Source: Marsupella aquatica (taxonomy: Eukaryota > Plantae > Marchantiophyta). From it: DNA of 64,000 bases. The first letter of the stretch is position 1. Each line of letters starts with the position of its first letter. A program made the translations under genes and the position numbers. Below, one piece after another: positions 36,308 through 47,393 of the stretch. The notes beneath the pieces are model-generated. The model was not told the DNA's origin. It saw only the letters and a program-made list of their open reading frames with translations, and did no database searches. The stretch covers positions 1,553,223 to 1,617,222 of the forward strand of contig OZ316892.1 of the NCBI GenBank assembly GCA_973895155.1, given 5' to 3'.

Positions 36308-39300
36308 GGAGTGCCAGCCCTACCACTCCATGGTGCTGCTACATGGCATCCAGACCAGGTGCACTTACCTCTGTCCAACACTCACCACTTCAGTCCAAGT
36401 GTTGGGGGGAGGAGGTCCCTTGTAATGTGGCTGACATTATTTCTGAGTTTCATGGTGTGGATCAGACCAGAGCAACAGATACAGCAGGCCTTGGAGTGGC
36501 CTCATCACCTTATCAGCAGCATGCTAGCAGCTTGGACAGTGGAGAGGCTGGCACTTCTGGCTCTTCAAGCACGAGTACATCAGGTCCTATTCCTAGTGTT
36601 GCCAACTACACATTCATCATGGGCAACCACCTGAGTTAAAGACAGAAGGACCAGCTGCTGAATTTGCTCCTCAAGCATGAGAATGTGTTTGCTTTCTCTA
36701 TGAAGGACTTGGGTAAGTGCAAGACTATGCAATTCTCCATTGAGTTGGCTGATGAAACACCTATCTTTAGGCGGAGACACCATTTGAGTAAGCATGAGTG
36801 GCAGCTGGTGGATGAGAGATGCCAAGAGCTCTATGAAGCTAGTCTTATTCAGCCATCTACATCAGATTTTGCAGCAGCTACAGTGATGCCAGCAAAAAAG
36901 GATTCTAGTGGATTGTGGACAAAGAAGCGCATGTGTGGGGACTACAGGCCACTGAACCTGGTCACACCCCAAGACAGGTACCCCATGCCACGACCAGAGG
37001 AGCTATTTGACAGCATTGGAGACTCAGACATCTTCACTCTTGTGGATCTAAGGCAAGGCTTTAACCAGATTTTGCTGCTTGCAAAGGACCGCAAGAAAAC
37101 AGCTTTCCATGGTAGTAAACAACTATGGGAGTGGTTGGTGATGCCATTTGGCTTGAAGAATGCGCCCATATTCTTTCAAAGAGTCATGGACCAGGTTCTT
37201 CAAGGTGCTGAGTTTCTGAAATGCTACATTGATGATGTGTTGGTCCATAGCAAAGGATTTGACCAGCATCTACTTGACCTTGAGGAGCTATTCATGAGGC
37301 TTAAGAAGGTGAACCTAAAGATACACCCCAAGAAGTGTGAATTTGCTGTCAGATCAGTAGTATACCTTGGGCACCGCATTCTTCCAAATGGAACCATGGC
37401 TCACTGGGCCAAGGTGGTATCCATCTTGGAAATGCCCACCCCTACCGATGTTCACACTTTGAGGAGTTTTATTGGGTTGTGCAATTACTACCGGATCTAC
37501 ATCAAAGATTTCAGTACCATTGCACACCCATTGTATGCTTTGTTGAAAAAGAATGTGACTTGGACATGGAGTACAGATGCTGAGGCAACATTTGCCACTT
37601 TGAAGGAGAAGCTCTCAGAATACCCAGTGCTGAGAAGACCTGATTTCAGCAAGGTCTTTGTGCTACACACAGATTGGAGTGCCCTTGGGATTGGTGCCAT
37701 TCTGGGCCAGCATGATGAGGAAGGTAAAGAGTACGTCATTGCCTATGCATCCAGGAGCAACAATCAGGCAGAGAGTCATTATTCTTCTTATGAGGGTGAA
37801 TGCCTTGCTGTTGTGTGGGCTGTCATACATTATAGGCCCTACCTCTATGGGACCAGGTTTGTTCTCTACACCGACCACCAGCCCTTGAAGTGGTTGATGA
37901 CCAATGACAAGCTTACTGGCAAGCTTGCTCGTTGGGCGCTCATACTCCAGGAGTATGATTTTGAGGTAATTCATAGGCCTGGTGTGACACATCAGAATGC
38001 TGACACTATGTCCCGCAGCCCTTTGATTACCTCTGATGATTCCTCAGATGCACGGCAAGATTTTGACCAGGTTTCCATCCTGCCTACATTTCATGCATCG
38101 ACCTATCTTGCTTTGCTGCCATGCTATGTTGTTGACCAACCTGTGGTGGACATATGGGAGGATAGCGACACTCTGAGATTTCTGCAGCATGGGGAGTACC
38201 CCACACATGTTACTGCTGCCCAGAGAGACCAAATTCAGCAAAGGTCCAAGCGCTACTTGTGGAAGGGAGATCATCTCATGCGCTGCTTGCCAGACAGGGA
38301 AGTGGTGGTTCCACCCATTCATGAGAGGGTTGGCCTTATCCGTAAGGTACATTCTGAGCTTGGTCATTTTGGCGTTAAGAGGACTTACAGCCTCTTGGTC
38401 CCTCATTATCATTGGAGAGGCATGCATGGCCAGGTTCGAGATGTTATTGCCCGGTGTGAACAGTGTGATAGGGTGAGGACTTCTTTCACATCTCGGCAAC
38501 CCACACTTCATCCACTCCCTATTCAGGGCATGTTTTATCGCTGGTCATGTGATTTGGCTGGAGAATTACCCCTCACATCTCGGGGTAATCTCTACATCAT
38601 GATCATGATAGAGCATTTCTCCAAGTGGATAGAACTTGTGGCATTGCCGGATAAGACCTCCCGTAGCACCAGCCAGGCATTCCTGCAACAAGTTCTCAGC
38701 CGCTTTGGAGCTTGTGCAGAATGTCTCACTGACCAGGGCTCAGAGTTTAGAGGAGAGTTCCAGGAGCTGCTTGATCAGGCCCTCATTGATCATCGCCGGA
38801 CATCACGAGATCACCCACAGGCAGATGGCTTGGCAGAGCGCATGGTTCAGACATGCAAGAAGGGTCTCCGGAAGATCTGCCTCACCAAAAACAAGGAGGA
38901 TTGGGACCTGGCCTTACCCTACATTGCCATGGGGTATAGGATGTCCAGACATGCATCACTGTCTAACTTTTCTCCCTACTTCTTGTTGTTTGGTCGTCAC
39001 CCAGTTCCACCTTCTGCTATTGCTGCTCACATGCTTCAGGTGGTGGACTTGGATTCAGCTGTGACTTGGTCTGATGTGATCTCTGAGAGGGCTGCCCTAT
39101 TCAGGAGGGTTATGCCCATGGCCATGGAGAATTTGGCCATTGCACAACACAGGGACATACTGCGTTATGCACACACACGAGGGGGCACTTTTTAGCCCAA
39201 GGTCAGGAAGTTTGATGTGGGAGATTTTGTGTACTTGCAGCGGCAAGCTAACGACACCCTGGACACCTCTACCAGTCGTACTATTCTCAGGGTTAAAGCT

Positions 39301-39438
39301 ATTCGACCGTCTGGAGTGCTAGAGTTACAAGGGGCAGATGGGCGCACAATTGCTGACAATGCCAAGAACTGCGCCCCTTGTCATCTGCCTAACCTAGATC
39401 CCACCATTGTGACTTCTACTTGGATTCCACCTGTGGAC

Positions 39439-39597
39439 TACCCTTGCAAGGTGTGTTTGCGAATTGATGATGCTGACCAGATGCTGCTGTGTGACAATTG
39501 CAATGGAGGGTACCATCTTTTCTGCCTTCGGCCTGAACTTACCCAGGTGCCAGAAGGGTTATGGTTTTGCCCTTCTTGTGCTCCACGTGCTACCTGA
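39439..39597 (+). other. PHD finger at the integrase C-terminus
   Basis: CKVC..DDADQMLLCDNCNGGYHLFCLRPELTQVPEGLWFCPSC (C4HC3 pattern). Same frame as pol beyond one premature TAG. Confidence 0.9.
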
Positions 39598-39638
39598 ATT
39601 TTCTTCAGCCCTTCTTTTGGCTGTGGTCTGGGGGGGGG

Positions 39639-40351
39639 ATACAGAGGTTTACACCTCCACTACGTACATACCACTTCATTTGCTTTTTCTTGGCACTTGT
39701 GAATGTGATTGGACTTTTTCTATGCATGTTGGTTGCTAGCAGCTTGCACATATGCCTTGCCGGTGACTTGTATGTTTTTGATACACTATGGCTACGATAC
39801 TATATGTCACGACAGCTGTCATGCCGAGGGACAGTGCCTCTTATGCACATCGGCATGTCCCTCGCCTGCCCGCTAGGTATGTAGTTAGGGCTAGTGTACT
39901 ACCTGAGTTAGCGACATGTTCTTGTAGCAAGTCTGGGCCGTTCTTGAAGCAAATGTGCTTGTTAGTGTGACGCCAGGACTTTGCTTGCTTAGGGCATGTC
40001 TTTCTTTGTGGGTTTTTCAGTTCTTCTTGAATCGCTGTTGACAGAGCTCACACAATGCTCGTCGGTTCCGTACACGGGATTCACACAGTGATTCGTTAGA
40101 TGCTCCCGGCCGATCTTGGCATCCTGCCGGTTTTCGATTCGATTTCAGTACAATTGTTTCTCTTACGCCTTTTATATACAGAGGTTTACACCTCCACTAC
40201 GTACATACCACTTCATTTGCTTTTTCTTGGCACTTGTGAATGTGATTGGACTTTTTCTATGCATGTTGGTTGCTAGCAGCTTGCACATATGCCTTGCCGG
40301 TGACTTGTATGTTTTTGATACACTATGGCTACGATACTATATGTCACGACA
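39639..40351 (+). repeat. 3' terminal repeat block B1-gc-A2-B2
   Basis: B (176 bp, ATACAGAGG...CACGACA) occurs on both sides of A2. A G9 tract sits immediately before B1. Confidence 0.95.
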
Positions 40352-40363
40352 ACTCTACCCCCG

Positions 40364-40482
40364 GCCTTCAACCGCTTCTTATGATCTTGTGTGATTCTTT
40401 ATGTTAAAAGGAGGCATTATCCGCCTTCAACCGCTTCTTATGATCTTGTGTGGTTCTTTATGTTGAAAGGAGGCATTATCCA
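40364..40482 (+). repeat. Two-copy tandem duplication (about 59 bp)
   Basis: CCTTCAACCGCTTCTTATGATCTTGTGTG...GGAGGCATTATCC occurs twice. Confidence 0.85.
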
Positions 40483-40932
40483 CCTCTGTTCATCATCACA
40501 ACCATTTCCAAAAACGAGTGTTAGTCGCACTTCACAGGGCTCAAGCATTTACTATTCTTTGTAAGGGTGAGGCAGTTGTCTAGAGTAGCTAGTCAGGTTC
40601 CTTTGTTAGATCCCTTTTGCATCACCCAGCTCTACCAGGCTCTACACTTTGCCATAGGTAGGGTCTTAGGCCCTTTGCTCCTTGTTGGCTTAGTGGTGGG
40701 CATTGCTTCTGGTTGTTTGGGCTTTCTGGCTAATTCGTTGCCACCCCTTATTTGGAATTCCTCATGTGAGATCCTCTCTCTTGTTTGGGCGCCTCGTGCT
40801 TCTTCGCAGTCTGATATATATAGTGTTGCTCTGTTTCTCCTAGTCTGAAGAGAAGCTATGGTTTTTAGTGTTGCCCCGTTTCCGTAGTGTGAAGAGAAGC
40901 TATGGTTTAAGCAGGATCGGCCAGTTGAGAGC

Positions 40933-43900
40933 ATGACGCACGTTTCGCCCTTCCCTGCCTCCATCTCGATGAGCATAGGCTCTCGCATTACCCGAACCTT
41001 CTCTGAAGTCTCTGCACTACCCCGGGCCAGGCAGAATTTTCAGCTAACCCTGCTTCCAAGAGCTTCGTCTGGGGAAAACAATTCACCAGCCCCAGCTTCG
41101 AAACGGCGGATTGTACACTTTGGTGCAGATAACAGTCCTGTGTTGCCTCTTCGTCATTTCATCGCTCTCTCGGCAGCTGCAGCTTTAGCATTTTTCACGA
41201 GGTGACTGAAGTCTCCTTCTCATACTTGTCTGATTAGCCTGATCTTCTGCAATGCAGCAAGAAACTTTAGTGTATTGCTGTCTCTTCTGATGTAATTCAC
41301 TGGCAAATTTAATATCCCTTTGACATTAGCACAGTACATTTGCTCGAAGGGGCCGTGCTTCGAGAAAAGTTATTGCAATGTGTTTCAAGTTCAGGAAAGG
41401 TGTGGAGTACCATGGCAACCCAGCGTTAGGATGTGGAATATGCCTTGGGTGCGCTAGGTCCAGATCAGCTCAGTTTTTGCTTCAAAACGTATTCTGCTTC
41501 CGCTTGTGGCTGCGGAATTCGGCGCTGGAAGAAATTGAGATCCTTATTACGCTCCTTTTCAGTCCTTTCCAACGCTCTAGAATGTCAGCCGCTTGTTTTA
41601 CTTCCAAGAGCTCATCCAATAAGGCCCGGTAGCATTAAGTGTTTTTTCGGGCCCGAACGGTGTTAAAGGTTTTCCGGAGATGGAAGCCTTTGCATTCAGA
41701 AACTGGATCTTGGCAAAAATGTGTCTCATGATCGGCAATCGTGATCATCAGCTAATCGACAAGCTATGGAGTATTTCGAGTCCTTCCTCCTGTGTCAGCA
41801 CATCGAAAGTGACTGCAGAATTGTCGATCGCTTGCTGAATATATCCTGACTTGTTGGAATGCAGGAAACAGGGGGCCAAAAAGTACAGGTTAAGCCAATT
41901 CATGGCTTCCGGTGCGAGAGAGGAAATGAAATCCAAGGCCAAACGAATTGATAGCCATCTCCATGTCTGGGCCTCCCCTGAAGAGGTAATAATAAGCAGA
42001 ACCTAAGAACTGAGGGAAGTATCTAGGATACGGTCACAAGTAATGGCATAACGTGGTGTGAACTAGTAAGTAAGTTCTCTCACATTGTAATAAACCCAAT
42101 TGGCAGTCCTGGGAAACGACCGATCGTCATACTGCCTTGCACCATTGTGTATGACCAGCTCCCTAAAGGTCTATTCTTCTAAATACATATTTTTATGCTC
42201 GAGAGTTTCTTATGAAGGCGGAGTGTTTCCGAGGTGAATGTTAGAAGAGGAGCTGTCTTAAAAAGTTCAAACTGATGATAATGCTTTCCAGATTGCTCTC
42301 ATCTTTGCAGGCAAAAATGTTCCCTTACGCTCCGAGCCAGGGACCCACTCTTCCTGGCAATGCTACATATCTTTTGCAGGTCAATTCCTTGTCAATGTTG
42401 ATCCGAATCTATATGGAAAGTTTTAATGAGTGTTATAGACAGGTCATCTCGCGCATGTTACTTTAATGAATAATCTTGTAATGACAGAACATGTCAGAAG
42501 CGGGAGTGGACGGGGCTCTCATAATTCAGCCCATTGATCATAAGTTTGACCACCGATACGTGTCCAGGTGAGCCCAATAGAAACACTATGCCCAGTCCTT
42601 CTATTTCAAAATTTCTAAGCTTGCTCTCCGGTACATTTGAATACCTTAAAGGTGAGAGACTGTACACGGATGCGACTAAAGATTACTAAAGCATTCATGA
42701 ATTTTACGAAAGATCTTTACCACCAGTCCGACTATGAAAGTGTGCTGCAGAAACACCCTGGAAAGTTTGTCGGCTGCTGCCTGGCCGATCCAACAGATGG
42801 TGGAGGTGGGTTGAGAGAGTTGGAGCGCTTGATCAAGAAGGTTTGTATTCTGTACTCTATCGCTGACTTCTGCTTTCGTAGTTCTATTGAGTGGACCTTT
42901 CAGATAGTCATTGCCAATGGGGAGGATTTTAGACGACAACGTGATTGATAGCTCTCTCTAGATTACCATATAGTTTGCCATACCTCCAGTCTCCGACTTC
43001 ACTCTTGAGGCAAGTTTTCGTAAATCCTAGATTCGTAATTGATGAAATGCCACGCTATTGACTAGATCTATTCTTCATCTACTTCGCAGCCCATGCTTGT
43101 TGAAGTCTTGTCGTGGTCCTTGTCTCTGTGTGCCTTGAGAAATCAGGAAGGATACAGAGCTGTGCGGTTCAACCCTTATTTATGGCCCCCTGGCCAACAG
43201 GTAAGCTTAGTCAAGAAGCATGGACCTTATTGATTTTATGTTATTGGTAGATGAACCACGAGGGAAGATCTCTGCAACATGTTGACTGAGCAGTAATTGT
43301 TCAATGTCTTTTAGTGTCTATACTTCAGGATATGGAGAAGCTCATGTACCGAAGGACGCCTTTTGATGCCTGTTACGTGCTTTTGTTCATCGACAGTTTT
43401 CCTCGTCTGAAATGTACTTTAAGGTTGTCGCAGAAGCATAGCCCTTCCTTTGACACTCATGGAACTATGAACAGATGACAAATGAGGTTGGTAAAGCGAT
43501 GTTTTCAACAGCTGGGGAACTTGGAGCTGTTGTGGGATTTATGTGCTTCAAAGTACTGAGCTTGCTCCAACTCATGGTCTTCTCTCATTTGACAAGATAT
43601 AAGTAGTCCTTTTAAATATCTTCAACGACGATTTGTACACATCGGAACACGGGTTCACACTTAACACGCTGTCGTTGATCATGGGAATCTTTTTAGGGTT
43701 TACTTTTGCACATCGAAGATATCGAGGAGCTATGTCTTGAATTTCCGTCAACTACAGTGATGATTGATCACTTTGGATTTTGCAAGCCAGCCACGTAAGT
43801 GATTACTGTGTGGGAAGAGCATTCTGAATCCAGAAGTTTTCCTTGTTTACCAGACAATCACGTGATATCGGAAGATTCCTATGTTTTATATTTTATCCTC

Positions 43901-44733
43901 CGTTTCAACAGGAGTGATGATGATACAATTATTTATGTGCATTTTGCAAAACTGAAAACACAATTTAGAGTGTTATGGATTGGTGTGGAAACTAAAATAA
44001 CTTCGTGTGCTGTCTCAGCAACAATGAAGAAGCAAGGGCGTGGGAACAATTGTTGCGATTAGCTCGGTTTCCACAGGTACCAAATTCTTAATTCAGATGA
44101 CGGTCTTAAGATGCACTGAACACAACACAGTTGCAAGGAATTTGAAATTTTAGTGGGTTTTGTGAAATCTGGATCAGAGCAATCAAAAGGATGGTCATTC
44201 AAACATTGTCTCGTACTAGTATTCAAAGCAATTTCATACGTTTTAACGCTGATTGTTTCCTTGGATTCCCTTCAGGTCTATGTCAAAGTTAGTGCTTTTT
44301 TCCGGATTTCTAGAGAGCCTTTCCCATACAAGGACACATGGCCTCTGGTTCAGGAGTTGTTGACAGTTTTTGGTGCAAAGCGGCTACTTTGGGGAAGGCG
44401 AGTTATCTATTCCTTAAAGCTTGCAACGCTTGAAAGTTTTGGTTTGTAAAGCTAGTCTGTAGATGATCAGCTCTTCATTTCTTTGAGTGACTGGAGAGCC
44501 GTTGGATTCCAGATGAATGTACAAGCAGAAATTTTGACTCGTAATTTCAACTGTGGTGCAGTGACTTTCCCTTTGTAACTGCAGAGTGTGGCTATCACAA
44601 GGCAAATCAAGATCTTCCTCACCTCATTGGAGAAACACTCTCGTTGTCACAATCAGGCATGGATTATCTTCTAGGTGGAACAGCTTGTCAACTTTTTAAA
44701 GGGGCTTGGCAGGGGTCTTTGTTAGTGTCTTAA
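40933..44733 (+). CDS. Amidohydrolase_2-family metal-dependent hydrolase, 11 exons, probable organellar transit peptide
   Basis: Approximate exons: 40933-41201, 41889-41985 (RIDSHLHVW), 42311-42379, 42489-42567 (AGVDGALIIQP), 42741-42840, 43147-43200 (RAVRFNPYLWP), 43475-43552, 43697-43794 (MIDHFGF), 44020-44077, 44276-44397 (VYVKVSAF), 44562-44733 (WGS|DFPF). Start codon uncertain. Confidence 0.85.
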
Positions 44734-45332
44734 GTCCCAAAACTGGAAATGAAGGGTTGAATCACTACTCAGAAAAATCGATTTCTGTTTTACCATTTGC
44801 GGCTATTGTCAACAGAACGTGCTGTTGCAGCTGATTGGTCAATCACTAGACAGTATCTGAGGATTGAGGCTACTTTTGAGCAACTTTTACGAGATGAAAG
44901 CCAGCTCTGTTTGGACTCCATACAACATGTCTCAGCTAATCATGACTCTTGAATACGATGCTGTGGCAGAATACTGCCATAGTTGACACTTTTCAACGAT
45001 GTGTAAATTTGAAGGAAAGCCAGGAACGTATGCATAGTTGCCTGTTGCAGATAAGCAGGAATATGCCTCACAGGTCATTGTAACATACCGTCTCGTAAGA
45101 GAGACCATAGTAGCACTCTAACCAAATATCTCTTCTCCTTTGGTAAAAGCTGTAACACGCTTCGTAAAGGCACCCTTAGGATTTAAATTTATGCTTCTCG
45201 TTGTAAGAAATCACATTCTTGTCTTTCCTTGTAAGAAATCAGGAAACGAAACAAGACGGTGTCCCTGTTTCTTTCAACAACGTGATCCCTCATTTCTCTC
45301 GACCAAATGCGGTCTCCACTAAAATAAAAATC

Positions 45333-45810
45333 TGGTCTGTTCGTGCCAAGCACTGACGATAACCCTGGTCAGGGGCAGACTGATTACCCAGGTCTGTGCG
45401 TTCCAAACGTGAGGTAATGATAACCCTGGTCAGGGAGCAGAATGATAACCCTGGTTTGTGCGTTCCAAGTGTGAGGTGATGACAACCCTGGTCTGCGCAC
45501 GCCAAACTTGAGGTGACAATAACCTACAGTAGTCAAGAGAAGAATGATAACCGTGGTCTGTTCACGCCAAACTTGAGGTGACAATAACCCTGGTCGGGAG
45601 CAGAATGATAACCCGGGTCTGTGTGCGCAGAGAGTGAGGTGACGACAGCTGTGGTCAGGAGCAGAATGTCACCCCTGGTCTCATTCTGTGCGGGCCGAAA
45701 CGTGAGGTGATGATAGCCCCTGGTCAGGCGCAACCCGAGTCTGTGCGCGCCGAACGTGCGGTGACGATAACCCTGGTCAGGCGCAGAAAGATAACCCTGG
45801 TGCGTGCGCA
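45333..45810. repeat. Minisatellite, about 45-65-bp degenerate units
   Basis: Repeated GTCTGTGCG..CCAAAC.TGAGGTGA..ATAACCCTGGTCAGG.GCAGAATGATAACCC. Confidence 0.85.
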
Positions 45811-46571
45811 GCGCCGACGGACCAGTCGCTGACAAGGACGTTAAGGACGTCTGGGCTTGGTCTTCTTGAGGAAGCACAACAAAGGCAACGAAGAGGGTGT
45901 GCTTTCGTCGGAGAGAGACGGAGACTCGACTAGTGGTGTTTGTGCTTCTTCGGCACAAGAAACCCAAAGAAACACGCTGCGATTGATTCACAGAGAGACG
46001 AGATTAGTAGTGGTAATACAGCAGTCGCACAAGAAACGCAACCACGACGCTTGATTACTTCAGAGGTGCTTCATTGGCACGAGAACAGAAAACCACGAGA
46101 ATAGAAAACCAAGAGGCTGTGCTTTCTTAGAGAGACAGACGAGAGTAGTAGTGCTGCTTCTTCTCGCGAAGTCGCGTGGTGGCCCACTTATGCCTGTCGA
46201 TGATCATCTGGACACAGTAGTTTCCGCGGAGAGACACTGGTCTGGCGGAGTTCGTTCGGCTTGTTGTTACACTACTCTCCTGCCGTGGACTGTAGAGAGA
46301 TGACAGACTGAAGCGTTTTGCTGATTCTCGTTGTCGAATTATTCGGCCGTTTGGTGTAAAGAAATTGGACGGACTGCCGAAGTCTTGAAGTTTGGGTCTT
46401 CCTAAGCGCTTTGGTGAGCATTCGCTGTTTAACGCTTCCGTCGAGTCTTGTAAAGGGATTCGTTCGTAATAATAATTCGTTCGCCGTGTGGAGGAGGAGC
46501 GATCGCGCACAGAAGCTTGCATTCCGGCTTGCAGAGAGGGAGAGAGAGAGAGTGGGGTTAAGGGAGGAAAA

Positions 46572-47393
46572 ATGGACCAGATGACGGATAGGCCTCGCAT
46601 GTTGGCAGTTCGGATGGAAAATGATTATGATGGAGGAAGAGATGTGGCGGTCTTGGACTGTGGTGGTCTATGTTTCTCGCAAAATTGGAGGGGGGATGCC
46701 ATCGGTACCGGCGGAGGAGAAAGAGGAGGTTCGGCATTACCGTTGACAGAACCGGAAATGATCGTGAGTCTTTCTCAAGAGAGCGAATTGGTCCAGGGGA
46801 GCCAAGAGGCACAGCAAAGGGGAACGACGGAATGGCCGGAGGATTCTGAACGTGGTCGAGGAAGCAGAGGAGGAGCGAACAGGAACAACCGAGTGGCTCT
46901 CAACGTGGGTGGAAAACGGTTCGAAACGTCCATCGAGACGCTGAGTTTTGATGGATGCTCAATGTTAGCGGCCATGGTAACACGGCACATGCGAAATGAA
47001 GACGACGCCATTTTCATCGATCGAGATCCCACGAGGTTCAAACATGTGGTGAATTATCTGAGGAGCCAAACGATCTGGCTGGACAATTTGTCCGATTTGA
47101 GAGCTGTTCAGGAAGAGGCGGACTTCTTCAATCTCAGTGGTCTGTACAAGCTCTGCGAGGAGAGAATACAGGAAGTCCTGCGTGTGAAAGATGAGCACCA
47201 TGAGGTGCTAGAGCTAAAGAGTACTTTGAAGGCTATGATGGACGAGCTGAGGGGGAGTTTCAAGATGGTGTCCGGGTTTGACAATCACAAATCGAATCAG
47301 CAGAGAAAGGAACCGATCTTGGGTGTCCGAAGACGGCGTCTGGAGTACGAGAGTTTGAATGATCCTGTCTTTCGGATGGATGAGGACTTTTAG
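46572..47393 (+). CDS. BTB/POZ (KCTD/T1-type) domain protein, intronless
   Basis: RVALNVGGKRFETSIETL...FIDRDPTRFKHVVNYLRS...EEADFFNLSGL. First in-frame ATG at 46572. Confidence 0.85.
   Translation: MDQMTDRPRMLAVRMENDYDGGRDVAVLDCGGLCFSQNWRGDAIGTGGGERGGSALPLTEPEMIVSLSQESELVQGSQEAQQRGTTEWPEDSERGRGSRGGANRNNRVALNVGGKRFETSIETLSFDGCSMLAAMVTRHMRNEDDAIFIDRDPTRFKHVVNYLRSQTIWLDNLSDLRAVQEEADFFNLSGLYKLCEERIQEVLRVKDEHHEVLELKSTLKAMMDELRGSFKMVSGFDNHKSNQQRKEPILGVRRRRLEYESLNDPVFRMDEDF

Larger units (their letters stand above)
32225..39597 (+). pseudogene. Polyprotein Gag-PR-MTase-RT-RH-INT-PHD (about 2450 aa after repairing lesions)
   Basis: Two CCHC knuckles (CNYCGNPNHKANEC, CDFCGKVGHLEAVC), protease MLDTGAQ, RT MPFGLKNAP and YIDDVL, RNase H LHTDWS and YTDHQPL, INT H-H-C-C with CDLAG, TDQGSEF and LAERMVQ. 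Frameshifts near 33395, 33940, 35885 and 36405; stops at 36305, 36637 and 39193. Confidence 0.9.
30589..40351 (+). mobile_element. Gypsy-like retroelement with split direct repeats (A...B-A-B) encoding a C5-methyltransferase and a PHD finger
   Basis: Termini TGTCATG...CACGACA. TSD ACTC at 30585-30588 and 40352-40355. A1 30589-30947, B1 39639-39814, A2 39817-40175, B2 40176-40351. Domain order PR-RT-RH-INT. Confidence 0.92.

Noticed and set aside
39817-40351. Reading A2+B2 as an ordinary 535-bp 3' LTR with a truncated 5' LTR
   Set aside because: This needs both a loss of B at the 5' end and an extra B after the G tract. The second copy shows the same A-only 5' end, so a one-off deletion is unlikely, though it is not formally excluded.
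45333-45810. CRISPR-like repeat-spacer appearance
   Set aside because: The intervening sequences are themselves repeated and degenerate, the context is eukaryotic, and there are no cas genes.
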